DNA of 64,000 nt from Nitrospinales bacterium (GTDB lineage Bacteria; Nitrospinota; Nitrospinia; Nitrospinales; VA-1). The translations under genes and the position numbers were made by a program. Below, piece by piece: positions 41,847-50,719 of the stretch; positions within the stretch are counted from its first letter, which is position 1; each line of letters opens with the position of its first letter. The notes beneath the pieces are model-generated. The model searched no databases, was not told the DNA's origin, and worked only from the letters and a program-made list of their open reading frames with translations. The DNA is taken from NCBI GenBank assembly GCA_965223795.1, contig CBDCXL010000002.1, positions 3,008,001 through 3,072,000 on the forward strand, written 5' to 3'.

Positions 41847-43669
41847 ACGAAGCGCACCGCGAAAATCTGGGCGACCGCTACCTGGACTGGGCGATCTTCA
41901 AGCGCATCCTGTCTTACCTCAAGCCGTACCGGCTGCTGGTGGCGCTGGCGATCGCCTTTTTGTTCGCGGTGTCGCTGCGCGATCTGGCAGGCCCGTATTT
42001 CACCAAGATCGTGATCGACGATTTCATCATGCCGGGCAAGCTTGCGGGGCTCGACCGGGTGGCGCTGATCTTTTTTACGATCCTGATCCTGGGATTCGTG
42101 CTGCAGTTCGCGCAGATGCTGCTCATGCAGTACATCGGCCAGAGAGTGATGTACGACCTCAGGACCCAGGTGTTCGCGCACCTGCACCGCATGTCCTTCA
42201 GCTTTTTCGACAAGAATCCCATCGGCAAGATGGTCACGCGCGTGGTCAACGACGTGGAAGTGCTCAACGAGATGCTGACCTCGGGCCTGATTCTGATCTT
42301 CAGCGACCTGTTCACGCTGGGCGGCATTTTCATCGTCATGCTGTTTCTCGACTGGCGGCTGACGCTGGTGGTCTGCGCCGTGTTCCCGCTTCTGTACATG
42401 GCCACCAAAGCCTACCGCACGCGCGCCCGCGACGCGCTGCGCAAAAACCGCGCCCACATCACCACGCTCAACACCTTTCTGGAAGAGAACCTCTCCGGCA
42501 TGTCCACGGTGCAGCTGTTCAACAAGGAAAAGGATCATCTCGACCGCTTCATCCGCATCAACCGCGACAAGCTGAAAGAGGACCTGCGCTCGCTGCACTA
42601 CAACTCGGTGTACCTGCCTTCGATCGACCTGTTCGCCTCGCTCGGCATCGGCCTGGTGATCTGGTACGGCGGCGGCCGCTACGTGCAGGACGCCATTCAA
42701 CTTGGCGTGCTGGTGGCGTTTTTGCAGTACCTGGGGAAATTCTTCGAGCCGATCCGCGATCTGGCGGAAAAGTTCAACATCATCCAGACGGCGATGGCGT
42801 CCTCGGAGCGGGTCTTTGAACTTTTGGACACGCCGGAGGAAGTGAAAAACCCGGATCAGCCGGCCCAGGTAAAAAAAATCAGGGGCAGCGTCGAGTTCAA
42901 GAACGTGTGGTTCGCCTACAAGGGAGACAACCACGTGCTGAAGGACGTTTCGTTTTCGGTGCGCGAGGGCGAGAGCCTGGCCATCGTGGGCGCCACGGGA
43001 TCGGGGAAATCCACCATCATCAACACGCTGTGCAGGTTTTACGACATCCAGAAAGGCGACATCCTGATCGACGGGGTGCCGGTGCAGTCCGTGAGCAAGC
43101 ACGAGCTGAGAAGGCAGATCGCCCTGGTGCAGCAGGACGTGTTCCTGTTTTCCGGCGACATCCTCGACAACATCCGGCTGGGCAACCACCACCTGGGGCA
43201 GGAGGAGATCGAATCCATCAGCCAGGCGGTCAACTCGCACCACTTCATCGACAACCTGCCGCTCAAGTACGCGCAGGACATCCGCGAGGGCGGCAAGCTG
43301 CTGTCGCTGGGGCAGAAGCAGCTTCTGTCGTTCGCCCGCGCGCTGGCGGTGGACCCGCGCATCCTGATCCTCGATGAGGCGACCTCCAGCGTGGACACCA
43401 AGACCGAGCAGGACATCCAGACCGCCATACGCGAGATGATCCGCGGCCGCACGTCGATCATCATCGCCCACCGGCTGTCAACGCTTCGGCATGTGGACAA
43501 GGTGTTGGTGCTGAAAAAGGGCGAGGTGGCCGAATTCGGCACACAGAGCGAACTGCTCAAGAAAAAGGGGATTTTTTACAACCTGTACCAGCTGCAGCAG
43601 GGAAGGGCGGAGACCGCCTCCGCCGAAGCAAAAAAATCCGCGGCGGACCCGCCCAATCCTTCTTCCTGA
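41843..43669 (+). CDS. ABC exporter, TMD+NBD subunit 2
   Basis: GATGSGKS, degenerate signature LSLGQKQ, ILDEATSS; ATGA coupling, consistent with a heterodimeric exporter. Confidence 0.92.
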   Translation: MNEAHRENLGDRYLDWAIFKRILSYLKPYRLLVALAIAFLFAVSLRDLAGPYFTKIVIDDFIMPGKLAGLDRVALIFFTILILGFVLQFAQMLLMQYIGQRVMYDLRTQVFAHLHRMSFSFFDKNPIGKMVTRVVNDVEVLNEMLTSGLILIFSDLFTLGGIFIVMLFLDWRLTLVVCAVFPLLYMATKAYRTRARDALRKNRAHITTLNTFLEENLSGMSTVQLFNKEKDHLDRFIRINRDKLKEDLRSLHYNSVYLPSIDLFASLGIGLVIWYGGGRYVQDAIQLGVLVAFLQYLGKFFEPIRDLAEKFNIIQTAMASSERVFELLDTPEEVKNPDQPAQVKKIRGSVEFKNVWFAYKGDNHVLKDVSFSVREGESLAIVGATGSGKSTIINTLCRFYDIQKGDILIDGVPVQSVSKHELRRQIALVQQDVFLFSGDILDNIRLGNHHLGQEEIESISQAVNSHHFIDNLPLKYAQDIREGGKLLSLGQKQLLSFARALAVDPRILILDEATSSVDTKTEQDIQTAIREMIRGRTSIIIAHRLSTLRHVDKVLVLKKGEVAEFGTQSELLKKKGIFYNLYQLQQGRAETASAEAKKSAADPPNPSS

Positions 43670-43815
43670 AAAACCGCTTTTTTCCCGCCTTCATCCACCC
43701 TGGTTTGACGTGGCGCAATCGGGGTTCCGCTTTTCGTCGTTGCTTTGAAGGGAATTTCTGTTACTCTGGAAAAATACTCAAAATCTTATTAAATTCAATG
43801 GTTTAAGGATAGATT

Positions 43816-44412
43816 ATGGGCGTCCACCGGCAAGTTCCCCGCACCCGCGGCCACCTGATGAAAACCCTCGAGAGCATCCCGTTTTTCAACGTGTTTTCGC
43901 CTGAGGAAAAAAAAGAGTTCGCCTCTTCGGACAACTACATGCTCGACTGCGACAACGGCACCGTGATCGTGGAGCAGGGGGACGTGGATTTTTCGCTCTA
44001 CATCCTGATGAACGGCGAGATCATCCTGACGCGCAAGGAAGCGCCGGGGGTCACCATCACCACCCTGAAACCGGGCGCGGTGTTCGGGGAGATTTCGCTC
44101 ATCCACCGCAACCCGCGTTCCACCAACGCGATCGCCAAGGGCAAGGTCAAGCTGTTCCGGCTCGACGGCGAGGTGTTCAACAAGCTGAGCCTGCCGGTGC
44201 AGATGAAGTTCAAGGACCAGTTCATCCTGGTGCTCATCAAGCGGGTGGAAGAGGTGAATCACACGCTGCTGAACCTCAAAAGCGAACTCGACCGGGTCTC
44301 CAGCGCCAGCAACAAATTCCGCGCCGACTACCACAACATCCTCAAAAGCGGCGCCCGCCTGGAAGGGGTGTTCGAGAACATGGGCGAGATGATCGACAAG
44401 CTGGTGCGCTGA
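43816..44412 (+). CDS. Cyclic-nucleotide-binding domain protein with C-terminal coiled coil
   Basis: EQGD, GAVFGEISL, PRSTNAIA cNMP cassette; no HTH seen. Confidence 0.85.
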   Translation: MGVHRQVPRTRGHLMKTLESIPFFNVFSPEEKKEFASSDNYMLDCDNGTVIVEQGDVDFSLYILMNGEIILTRKEAPGVTITTLKPGAVFGEISLIHRNPRSTNAIAKGKVKLFRLDGEVFNKLSLPVQMKFKDQFILVLIKRVEEVNHTLLNLKSELDRVSSASNKFRADYHNILKSGARLEGVFENMGEMIDKLVR

Positions 44413-44459
44413 ACGTTCTCCATTTCCCGGTCCAAATCCCTGTTGCATTCAGCCTGCGC

Positions 44460-44507
44460 TTGACAATTCATCGTGTGCGGGCTATTATTCAACCATATGG
44501 TTGAATA
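44460..44507 (+). promoter_or_regulatory. Sigma70 promoter with overlapping 22-bp palindromic operator
   Basis: TTGACA (44460-44465), 17 nt, TATTAT (44483-44488); perfect palindrome TATTCAACCATATGGTTGAATA (44486-44507) centred at the ArsR start codon. Confidence 0.85.
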
Positions 44508-44841
44508 TAGGGAGGCGCAGTTGAACCGTGTGTTTCACGCTCTGGCCGACCCGACCCGCCGGCGCATTCTGGCGCAGACGGCGAAACGGCCGCAGCGGGT
44601 GACCGCGCTGGCGGAATCGTTTGCGATGTCGCTGAACGGGGTGTCCAAGCACATCAAGGTGCTGGAGGCGGCCGGTCTTTTGCTGCGGCGCAAAGAGGGC
44701 CGGGAACACCATTGCCGGATGGACCCGCGGCCTCTGGCGGAAGCGGAGAAATTCATTCAGCGTCACCGCAAATTCTGGAATCAGCAGCTGGATTCTTTAG
44801 AACATTTTTTGAGCGAAACGAAACGAGGAAAGAAAAAATGA
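44497..44841 (+). CDS. ArsR/SmtB family transcriptional repressor
   Basis: VFHALADPTRRRIL, VSKHIKVLEAAGLL. Confidence 0.92.
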   Translation: MVEYREAQLNRVFHALADPTRRRILAQTAKRPQRVTALAESFAMSLNGVSKHIKVLEAAGLLLRRKEGREHHCRMDPRPLAEAEKFIQRHRKFWNQQLDSLEHFLSETKRGKKK

Positions 44842-45263
44842 AAAAGACCACCGTCGTGCTCAAGCGGACGCTTCCGGCTTCCCCGGAGCGGGTGTTTCAG
44901 GCCTGGTCCGATCCTGCAATGGTGCAGCGCTGGCTGATTCCGGAACCAGGCATGCGGGTGACGATGGAAGCGGAATTTCGCGTCGGCGGCGCCTACTCAC
45001 TTGTAATGCAGAACGCCGAGGGAAAAACCTTTCCGCATAAAGGGATTTACAAAGAGATCGTTGCCAACGCGAAAATCGTGTTCACCTGGAGTTCCGACTG
45101 GGTGGAGGATTCTCTGGTCACCGTTGAACTGAAACCGGCGGGGGAGGGGACCGAACTCACGTTGACCCATGAGCTGCCCGACCGCGATGGATTGGCTAAA
45201 GAGCATGAAGGCGGCTGGACCGGCGCGCTGGACCACCTGCTGGCGTTTTGCAAACAGGGTTGA
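44838..45263 (+). CDS. SRPBCC/AHSA1 (START-like) domain protein
   Basis: ASPERVFQAWSDP, FRVGGAY, IVFTW, TELTLTHE, HEGGW; ATGA overlap with ArsR gene. Confidence 0.9.
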   Translation: MKKTTVVLKRTLPASPERVFQAWSDPAMVQRWLIPEPGMRVTMEAEFRVGGAYSLVMQNAEGKTFPHKGIYKEIVANAKIVFTWSSDWVEDSLVTVELKPAGEGTELTLTHELPDRDGLAKEHEGGWTGALDHLLAFCKQG

Positions 45264-45371
45264 TCCTCATTGCCACTGCCTGCCCGTGCGGCCGCCCTGG
45301 CCGCATTTTCTTTGATCTTTCCTGTATATTTCAATAAAATCAATAAGTTAATAATTTCTTCCCGTTGTCCG

Positions 45372-46073
45372 ATGAAAGAAATATCCCGTCGTTTTTTCCG
45401 GCTTGTCCTGGTGCTGGCTCTCGTGGTCCTGTGCGGCTGCTCGGTGCTCAGAACCACCTACCGGGTCGGCAAGGGCACGGTGAAAGGCACGGTGTGGGTG
45501 GTCAAGGGGGCGTACCACCTGACCGCGGGGACGACGAAGCTGGTCTATAAAATCGGCAAGTTCACCTTCGATGTGGTGCGGGCGCCCATCGAGTGGCCCC
45601 TGATGAACGAGGACATCGAGGAGATCGGCGGCATGCCGGTGAAGGAAGCGATCAAAAAGGGCAAGGTGAAAAACTCCCCCTACACGGTGAAGGGCAAGCG
45701 CTACTATCCGATGACGGTGGCGCAGGCGAATGAGTACGACGAGAGCGGCATCGCCTCCTGGTACGGCAACGAGACATTGCGGCAGAAGGACGGCCACATG
45801 ACGGCGAACGGCGAGGCGTTCAACCCGAAAGGCCTGTCCGCCGCGCACAAGCTGCTGCCGCTGCCGACCAACGTGCGGGTCACCAATCTGGAAAACGGGC
45901 GCTCGGTCATCGTGCGCGTGAACGACCGCGGGCCGTTCCCCAGCATCCACAACCCGCATTCGGGCAAGCGCATCATCGACCTGTCCGCGGGCGCGGCGAA
46001 AAAGCTGGGCTATTTCCGCAAAGGCACGGCCAGGGTGCGCGTGGAAACGATCCAGATCACCGAGGTGGGGTGA
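45372..46073 (+). CDS. rlpA: Septal ring lytic transglycosylase RlpA-family lipoprotein
   Basis: Lipobox LCGC; GIASWYG, TANGE, AAHKLLPL, VRVNDRGPF, RIIDLS. Confidence 0.9.
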   Translation: MKEISRRFFRLVLVLALVVLCGCSVLRTTYRVGKGTVKGTVWVVKGAYHLTAGTTKLVYKIGKFTFDVVRAPIEWPLMNEDIEEIGGMPVKEAIKKGKVKNSPYTVKGKRYYPMTVAQANEYDESGIASWYGNETLRQKDGHMTANGEAFNPKGLSAAHKLLPLPTNVRVTNLENGRSVIVRVNDRGPFPSIHNPHSGKRIIDLSAGAAKKLGYFRKGTARVRVETIQITEVG

Positions 46074-46165
46074 TACACTGCGTCATTCCTCATTGCCTGC
46101 ATTCAGGAAGCCACCGGGTGGATTCATGGGGTTGTCAAACGTAAGAGCATAAATTGGGAGGGATC

Positions 46166-46879
46166 ATGTCGCAGACCGTTGTGATCACCGGTGTGGGCTC
46201 GGGACTGGGAGCGGCGCTGGTGAAAAAATTTGCCCGCGAGGGTTGTAACGTGGGGATGCTGGCCCGCTCCACCGGTTTTATAACGAGCCTGGCTGAAGAA
46301 TTGCAGAAAGAAGGCTACACGGCTTTGCCGGTCCAGGCGGACATCACCCGGCCTCAGGATGTGGAGCGTGCGTTCGCCCAGGTGCGGGCGCAACTGGGGC
46401 CGGTCGATGTCCTGATCAATCACGCGGGCAACGCCGCCTGGAAAGCGTTCACGGATCTGGCGCCGGATGATTTCGAGCGTTCCTGGCGGGTGTGCGCCTA
46501 CGGGTCGTTTCTTTGCAGCCGGCAGGCGGTGGACGACATGCTGAAAAAAGGCAAGGGATCGATTCTGTTCACGGGGGCGACCTCAGCCATCCGCGGCCGC
46601 GCGCAGGCGCTGGCCTTCAGCAGCGCGAAATTCGCCGTGCGCGGTATGGCGGATTCTCTGGCGCGCGAGTTGTGGTCGAAAGGCATTCACGTGGCGCACG
46701 TCATCATCGACGGGGTGCTCGACACACCCTCCGTACGAGAAGGAGACCCGGTCATGCAGGAGGAGCCGTTGATGGACATCGATGCGGTGGCGAATCAGTA
46801 CTGGACGCTTTCGAATCAGGAAGGGGTGTGGAGTTTCGAGGTGGACTTGCGGCATCACAAAGAAGAGTTTTTTACCTGA
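46166..46879 (+). CDS. Short-chain dehydrogenase/reductase
   Basis: TGVGSGLG, NHAG, TGATSA, FSSAKFAVRG, HVAHVIIDG. Confidence 0.9.
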   Translation: MSQTVVITGVGSGLGAALVKKFAREGCNVGMLARSTGFITSLAEELQKEGYTALPVQADITRPQDVERAFAQVRAQLGPVDVLINHAGNAAWKAFTDLAPDDFERSWRVCAYGSFLCSRQAVDDMLKKGKGSILFTGATSAIRGRAQALAFSSAKFAVRGMADSLARELWSKGIHVAHVIIDGVLDTPSVREGDPVMQEEPLMDIDAVANQYWTLSNQEGVWSFEVDLRHHKEEFFT

Positions 46880-46897
46880 GTAGGGCATCGATGCCTT

Positions 46898-47338
46898 CTA
46901 AAGCGTCAAGGCGTAACGATAAAACGCCTCGTCCCGGACATAGCCCATCGATTCGTAGAGGTTCTGCGCCGGGCCGTTGGTGATCTGGGTGGCGAGCTCG
47001 ATGCGCAGCGCGCCGGTCTGGATGGCGTGCTTTCTTGCCGTTTCCATGAGCTGCCTTGCGATCTTCTTCCTCCTTTGGTTTTTTTCGACGTACAGATCGT
47101 TCAAAATCCAGATGTGGCGCATGCTCACCGATGAAAAGCCGGGGTAGAGCTGCGTGAAGCCATAAAGACGTCCATCCTCTTTTGCCGTGAAGAGAACCGA
47201 GTCCTTCTTTTCGAAACGGTCCCGCAAAAATTCCTGCGACCCTCGCCGGTCGGGAGCCTGCCCGTAAAACACCCGGTACCGATCGAACAGTTCCGCAAGC
47301 GGTTCGATATCCTCCGGGCTGGCCGCGTCTATCTGCAT
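46898..47338 (-). CDS. GNAT family N-acetyltransferase
   Basis: LFDRYRVFY, GFTQLYP, LNDLYV...RRKKIARQLM, LYESMGY. Confidence 0.88.
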   Translation of the reverse strand: MQIDAASPEDIEPLAELFDRYRVFYGQAPDRRGSQEFLRDRFEKKDSVLFTAKEDGRLYGFTQLYPGFSSVSMRHIWILNDLYVEKNQRRKKIARQLMETARKHAIQTGALRIELATQITNGPAQNLYESMGYVRDEAFYRYALTL

Positions 47339-47381
47339 GGCGCGCCTGCCTTCCTGCTTCGGCATACGTTGAGGCACGCGG

Positions 47382-47708
47382 TCACTTTTTGAACCCGTAC
47401 ACCGTCTCGACGCGGGCGATGCGGACTTCGTAACTCTCGTAATACTTTTCCTTGCCCATTTTCTTGGTCTCCACGTGCTCGGCGTCCTTGCGCCACGTGT
47501 CGATCGATTCGAGGTCCTTCCAGTAGGAGATGGCGATCCCGAATCCGGAAGCCTCGGCGGCTTCGACGCCCAGGTACCCCGGTATCTTGGAGGCGAGTTC
47601 CAGCATGCGCATGAGCCGGTCTTCGTACCCTTCCAGGTCGTCGGTGGTCTTGGCGGTGAAGATGGCGGCGTAATAAGGGGGCTGCGGCGTTTCGGCGATC
47701 TGGGTCAT
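47382..47708 (-). CDS. Antibiotic biosynthesis monooxygenase (ABM) domain protein
   Basis: TPQPPYYAAIFT, PGYLGVE, ISYWKDLESI, YEVRIARVE. Confidence 0.85.
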   Translation of the reverse strand: MTQIAETPQPPYYAAIFTAKTTDDLEGYEDRLMRMLELASKIPGYLGVEAAEASGFGIAISYWKDLESIDTWRKDAEHVETKKMGKEKYYESYEVRIARVETVYGFKK

Positions 47709-47789
47709 GACGTTCCTTTCGAGCGTGATTTCGAGTGGTTGTGCGATGAATGTACGGGATCGCCTATTTTAGCAGATGGAGAGATCGAG

Positions 47790-48063
47790 GCAAGATCGGA
47801 CAGGATGAAAAACTGGATGGTTCGCGCAACACCCACAGGGTGCCGCCCTGGGACGTAGAGAAAAGCAAAAGCGGGGGGACAGGATGGACAGGATAAAGGC
47901 GCAGGATGGAAAAGGGGAAAAGCAAAAAGACTGATTTCACCGCAAAGACGCAGAGGACGCAAAGACCCCCCCTCACCTCAGTCCTCTCCCCCCTATGGGG
48001 GAGAGGAAGAGACACAAACCGCCGAACAAAACGAAATCATCCTTCGACAGGCTCAGGATGACA
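47790..48063. repeat. Cluster of assorted REP-like palindromes and short repeats
   Basis: Repeated CAGGAT units, caccgcaaagacgcagaggacgcaaag, hairpin tcctctcccccc/gggggagagga (47982-48007), half-element cttcgacaggctcaggatgaca (48042-48063). Confidence 0.65.
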
Positions 48064-48138
48064 GACAACCATTTCAGAACAACAACAATATGGAAATGCG
48101 ATCCGCGCAATAGCGCGGTCAATGGTGGTTTTTCGGAT

Positions 48139-48465
48139 TTATTTCTTCTTCTTAAATTCGATCACCAGCCGCTCGACGATGCGGCCGTTCAGGATGTGCT
48201 CGGTGAGGATTTCGTCCATGTCCGCATTGCTGCGCGGGGCGTACCAGACGTCGTCCGGGTAGACGACCATGGAGGGGCCGTGCTGGCACGCGTCGAGGCA
48301 GCCGGCCTTGTTGACGCGGACTTTTCCCTTGAGTCCGGCTTCGTGCACGCGGCCCTTGATGTAGTCGATGAGCTCCGGCGATCCGGCTTTCGTGCAGCAG
48401 CCGCGCGGATCGTCGTCTTTGCGCTTGTTGTTGCAGATGAACAGGTGCTTTTCGAAGCGGGACAT
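48139..48465 (-). CDS. Thioredoxin-like [2Fe-2S] ferredoxin
   Basis: HLFICNN...RGCC, VNKAGCLDACQHGPSMVVYPDDVWY. Confidence 0.9.
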   Translation of the reverse strand: MSRFEKHLFICNNKRKDDDPRGCCTKAGSPELIDYIKGRVHEAGLKGKVRVNKAGCLDACQHGPSMVVYPDDVWYAPRSNADMDEILTEHILNGRIVERLVIEFKKKK

Positions 48466-48500
48466 GCTGGGGGGATTCCGGTGGGTCCGGAACGTAAAGA

Positions 48501-49505
48501 TTAAATTTTATCGCCGGCTTTGGGTATCCGCTGCGGGTGCGATTCGAAGTATTCCTTGAACTTGCCGAAGTTGATGTAGCAGCGCTCGCAGCTGTCGGGA
48601 AACACGGTGACGATCACGCCTTTTTTGATGCGTTTCGCCAGCTCCAGTGCGCCCAGTGTGGCGGCGGCGGCGGAATGCCCGACGAGGATGCCTTCTTCCT
48701 TCTCCAGCGTTTCCACCATGTTGTAGGACTCTTCGGTGCTCACGCTGATCTTGCCGTCGAGTTCCTCTTCTTTATAGATGCCGGGAACGATGGAGGAGGC
48801 CATGTGCTTGAGGCCTTCCAGCCCGTGCAGCTCTTCCGCCGGTTCCACGGCCAGGCACTGGATGTCCGGATTGAGTTCGCGCAGCCCGCGCGTGTTGCCC
48901 ATGATGGTGCCGCCGGTGCCGATGCCCGCGAGAAAATGCGTGATCCTTCCCTCGGTCTGCTCCCAGATCTCCCTGGCGGTGGTCTCGTAATGGGCCTTCC
49001 AGTTGGAGTCGTTGTTGTACTGGTCGGGCATGAAGTAGAGGTCCGGGTTCTCCTGGTAGATCTTCTTGGCGAGAATGATGGCCCCGTCCGAGCCTTCGAA
49101 GGGGCTGGAGGTGACGATCTCGGCGCCGTAAAAATCCGCCATCAGCCCCTTGCGCTCCTTGCACACGTTGGCGGGCATGACGAGCTTGACCTTGTAGCCC
49201 TTCACCTTGCCGATCAGGGCGTAGGCGATGCCGGTGTTGCCGGAGGTGGAGTCGAGGATGATCTTGTCCTTGGTCAGCCTGCCGTCTTTCTCGCCGTCCT
49301 CGATCATCTTGAGGGCGGGGCGGGACTTGACGGAACCGCCGGCGTTGCGCCACTCGGCCTTGGCATAAATCTCGACGCCGGGAACGTCCTTGCCGATATT
49401 GTTGAGCCGGATCAGCGGCGTGTTGCCGATGGCCTCGAGCACCGAAGGATCGGTGATCACGGGACAGGACGGCGCCTGGACTTCTGCGGGAATCGGTAAA
49501 TTCAT
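48501..49505 (-). CDS. PLP-dependent cysteine synthase family protein (CysM / O-phosphoserine sulfhydrylase-like)
   Basis: IGNTPL, NAGGSVKSR, STSGNTGIA, GIGTGGT, HGLEGLKHM. Confidence 0.88.
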   Translation of the reverse strand: MNLPIPAEVQAPSCPVITDPSVLEAIGNTPLIRLNNIGKDVPGVEIYAKAEWRNAGGSVKSRPALKMIEDGEKDGRLTKDKIILDSTSGNTGIAYALIGKVKGYKVKLVMPANVCKERKGLMADFYGAEIVTSSPFEGSDGAIILAKKIYQENPDLYFMPDQYNNDSNWKAHYETTAREIWEQTEGRITHFLAGIGTGGTIMGNTRGLRELNPDIQCLAVEPAEELHGLEGLKHMASSIVPGIYKEEELDGKISVSTEESYNMVETLEKEEGILVGHSAAAATLGALELAKRIKKGVIVTVFPDSCERCYINFGKFKEYFESHPQRIPKAGDKI

Positions 49506-49620
49506 AGTGCCGGTGCTTTCACTCGTTATTCACTCATTAGATGGAGTTTAGCGTCAGAGGATTCCTTTGGCGCCGCAAAAGGCGGCCGGTTTCAGAAAAA
49601 ATCCCCGCGGCTCGTTCCTT

Positions 49621-50427
49621 TCACCGCGACATGCCGCAAAACTCTTCATAATCAATCAATTCTGTAATAGTGGGGCTGTCACTGCACACAGGGCAGTGGA
49701 CATCCCGCTTGAGCTTTAGCTTGCGAAATTCCGTGTTCAGCGCGTCGTAGATCAGAAGCGATCCGATCAGCGAGCTGCCGGTGCCGAGGATCAGCTTGAC
49801 GGTCTCGACGACTTGAAAGTTTCCGATGACTCCGGCGAGCACACCCAGCACGCCGCCTTCCTGGCAGTTGGGCACCAGCCCCGGCGGCGGCGGTTCGGGA
49901 TACAGGCAGCGGTAGCACGGCCCTTCTTTGGGCTTGAACACAGTGGCCTGGCCTTCGAACCTGAAGATGCTGCCGTGGATGTTGGTCTTTCCCATCATGA
50001 CGCAGGCGTCATTGATGAGGTAGCGGGTGGCGAAGTTGTCGGTGCCGTCGAGGATGTAGTCGTAGTTTTCGAACAGTCCCTTGATGTTCTGCGAACTCAG
50101 CCGCTCGTTGTACAGCGTCACCTTCACGTCGGGATTGAGGGCCTGGATGGTCTTTTTGGCGGACTCGGTCTTGAGCATGCCGATGCGCTCGGTCGAGTGG
50201 ATGATCTGCCGCTGCAGATTGGACAGGTCCACGACGTCGAAATCGACAATGCCCAGGTTGCCGACACCCGCCGCGGCCAGGTAGTAGGCGGCGGGCGAGC
50301 CCAGTCCACCGGCGCCGATCAGCAGCACTTTCGCGTCCAGCAGCTTTTTCTGCCCCACGCCGCCCACCTCGGGAAGCATGATGTGGCGGCTGTAACGCTC
50401 GATCTGCTCGTCGGTGAAGTCGGTCAT
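49621..50427 (-). CDS. moeB: Sulfur carrier adenylyltransferase, MoeB/ThiF family (no rhodanese domain)
   Basis: RYSRHI, GAGGLGSP, SNLQRQ, DGTDNF, PCYRCLYP, CPVC. Confidence 0.9.
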   Translation of the reverse strand: MTDFTDEQIERYSRHIMLPEVGGVGQKKLLDAKVLLIGAGGLGSPAAYYLAAAGVGNLGIVDFDVVDLSNLQRQIIHSTERIGMLKTESAKKTIQALNPDVKVTLYNERLSSQNIKGLFENYDYILDGTDNFATRYLINDACVMMGKTNIHGSIFRFEGQATVFKPKEGPCYRCLYPEPPPPGLVPNCQEGGVLGVLAGVIGNFQVVETVKLILGTGSSLIGSLLIYDALNTEFRKLKLKRDVHCPVCSDSPTITELIDYEEFCGMSR

Positions 50428-50708
50428 GCAGGGACCCCGCCGGCGATGGCCGGAATGATGGAAATTTCGTCTCCCTCCTTGACGGCGGTTTTCTCTCCTT
50501 CGAGGAAGCGGATGTCTTCTTCGTTCACGTATATATTGATGAACCGGCGCGGGGTGCCGTTTTCTTCACAGATGCGATCCTTGATTCCGTTGAACTGGGT
50601 TTCCAGACTGTTGAAAATGTCGGAAATGGTCGCCCCTTCCGCAGTGACCTCGCTCTGGTTGTTGGTCAACTTCATCAGGGGTGTCGGAATCCTGACTTTC
50701 ACTGCCAT
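50424..50708 (-). CDS. Ubiquitin-like sulfur carrier (MoaD/ThiS/CysO family) with residues after GG
   Basis: VRIPTPL, FINIYVNEEDIRFL, SIIPAIAGG-VPA*. Confidence 0.9.
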   Translation of the reverse strand: MAVKVRIPTPLMKLTNNQSEVTAEGATISDIFNSLETQFNGIKDRICEENGTPRRFINIYVNEEDIRFLEGEKTAVKEGDEISIIPAIAGGVPA

Positions 50709-50719
50709 GACTTGCTCCT

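Noticed and set aside
40098..43669. Degenerate Walker B and signature motifs in the ABC pair as pseudogenisation
   Set aside because: One degenerate and one consensus ATP site is the normal asymmetry of heterodimeric ABC exporters.
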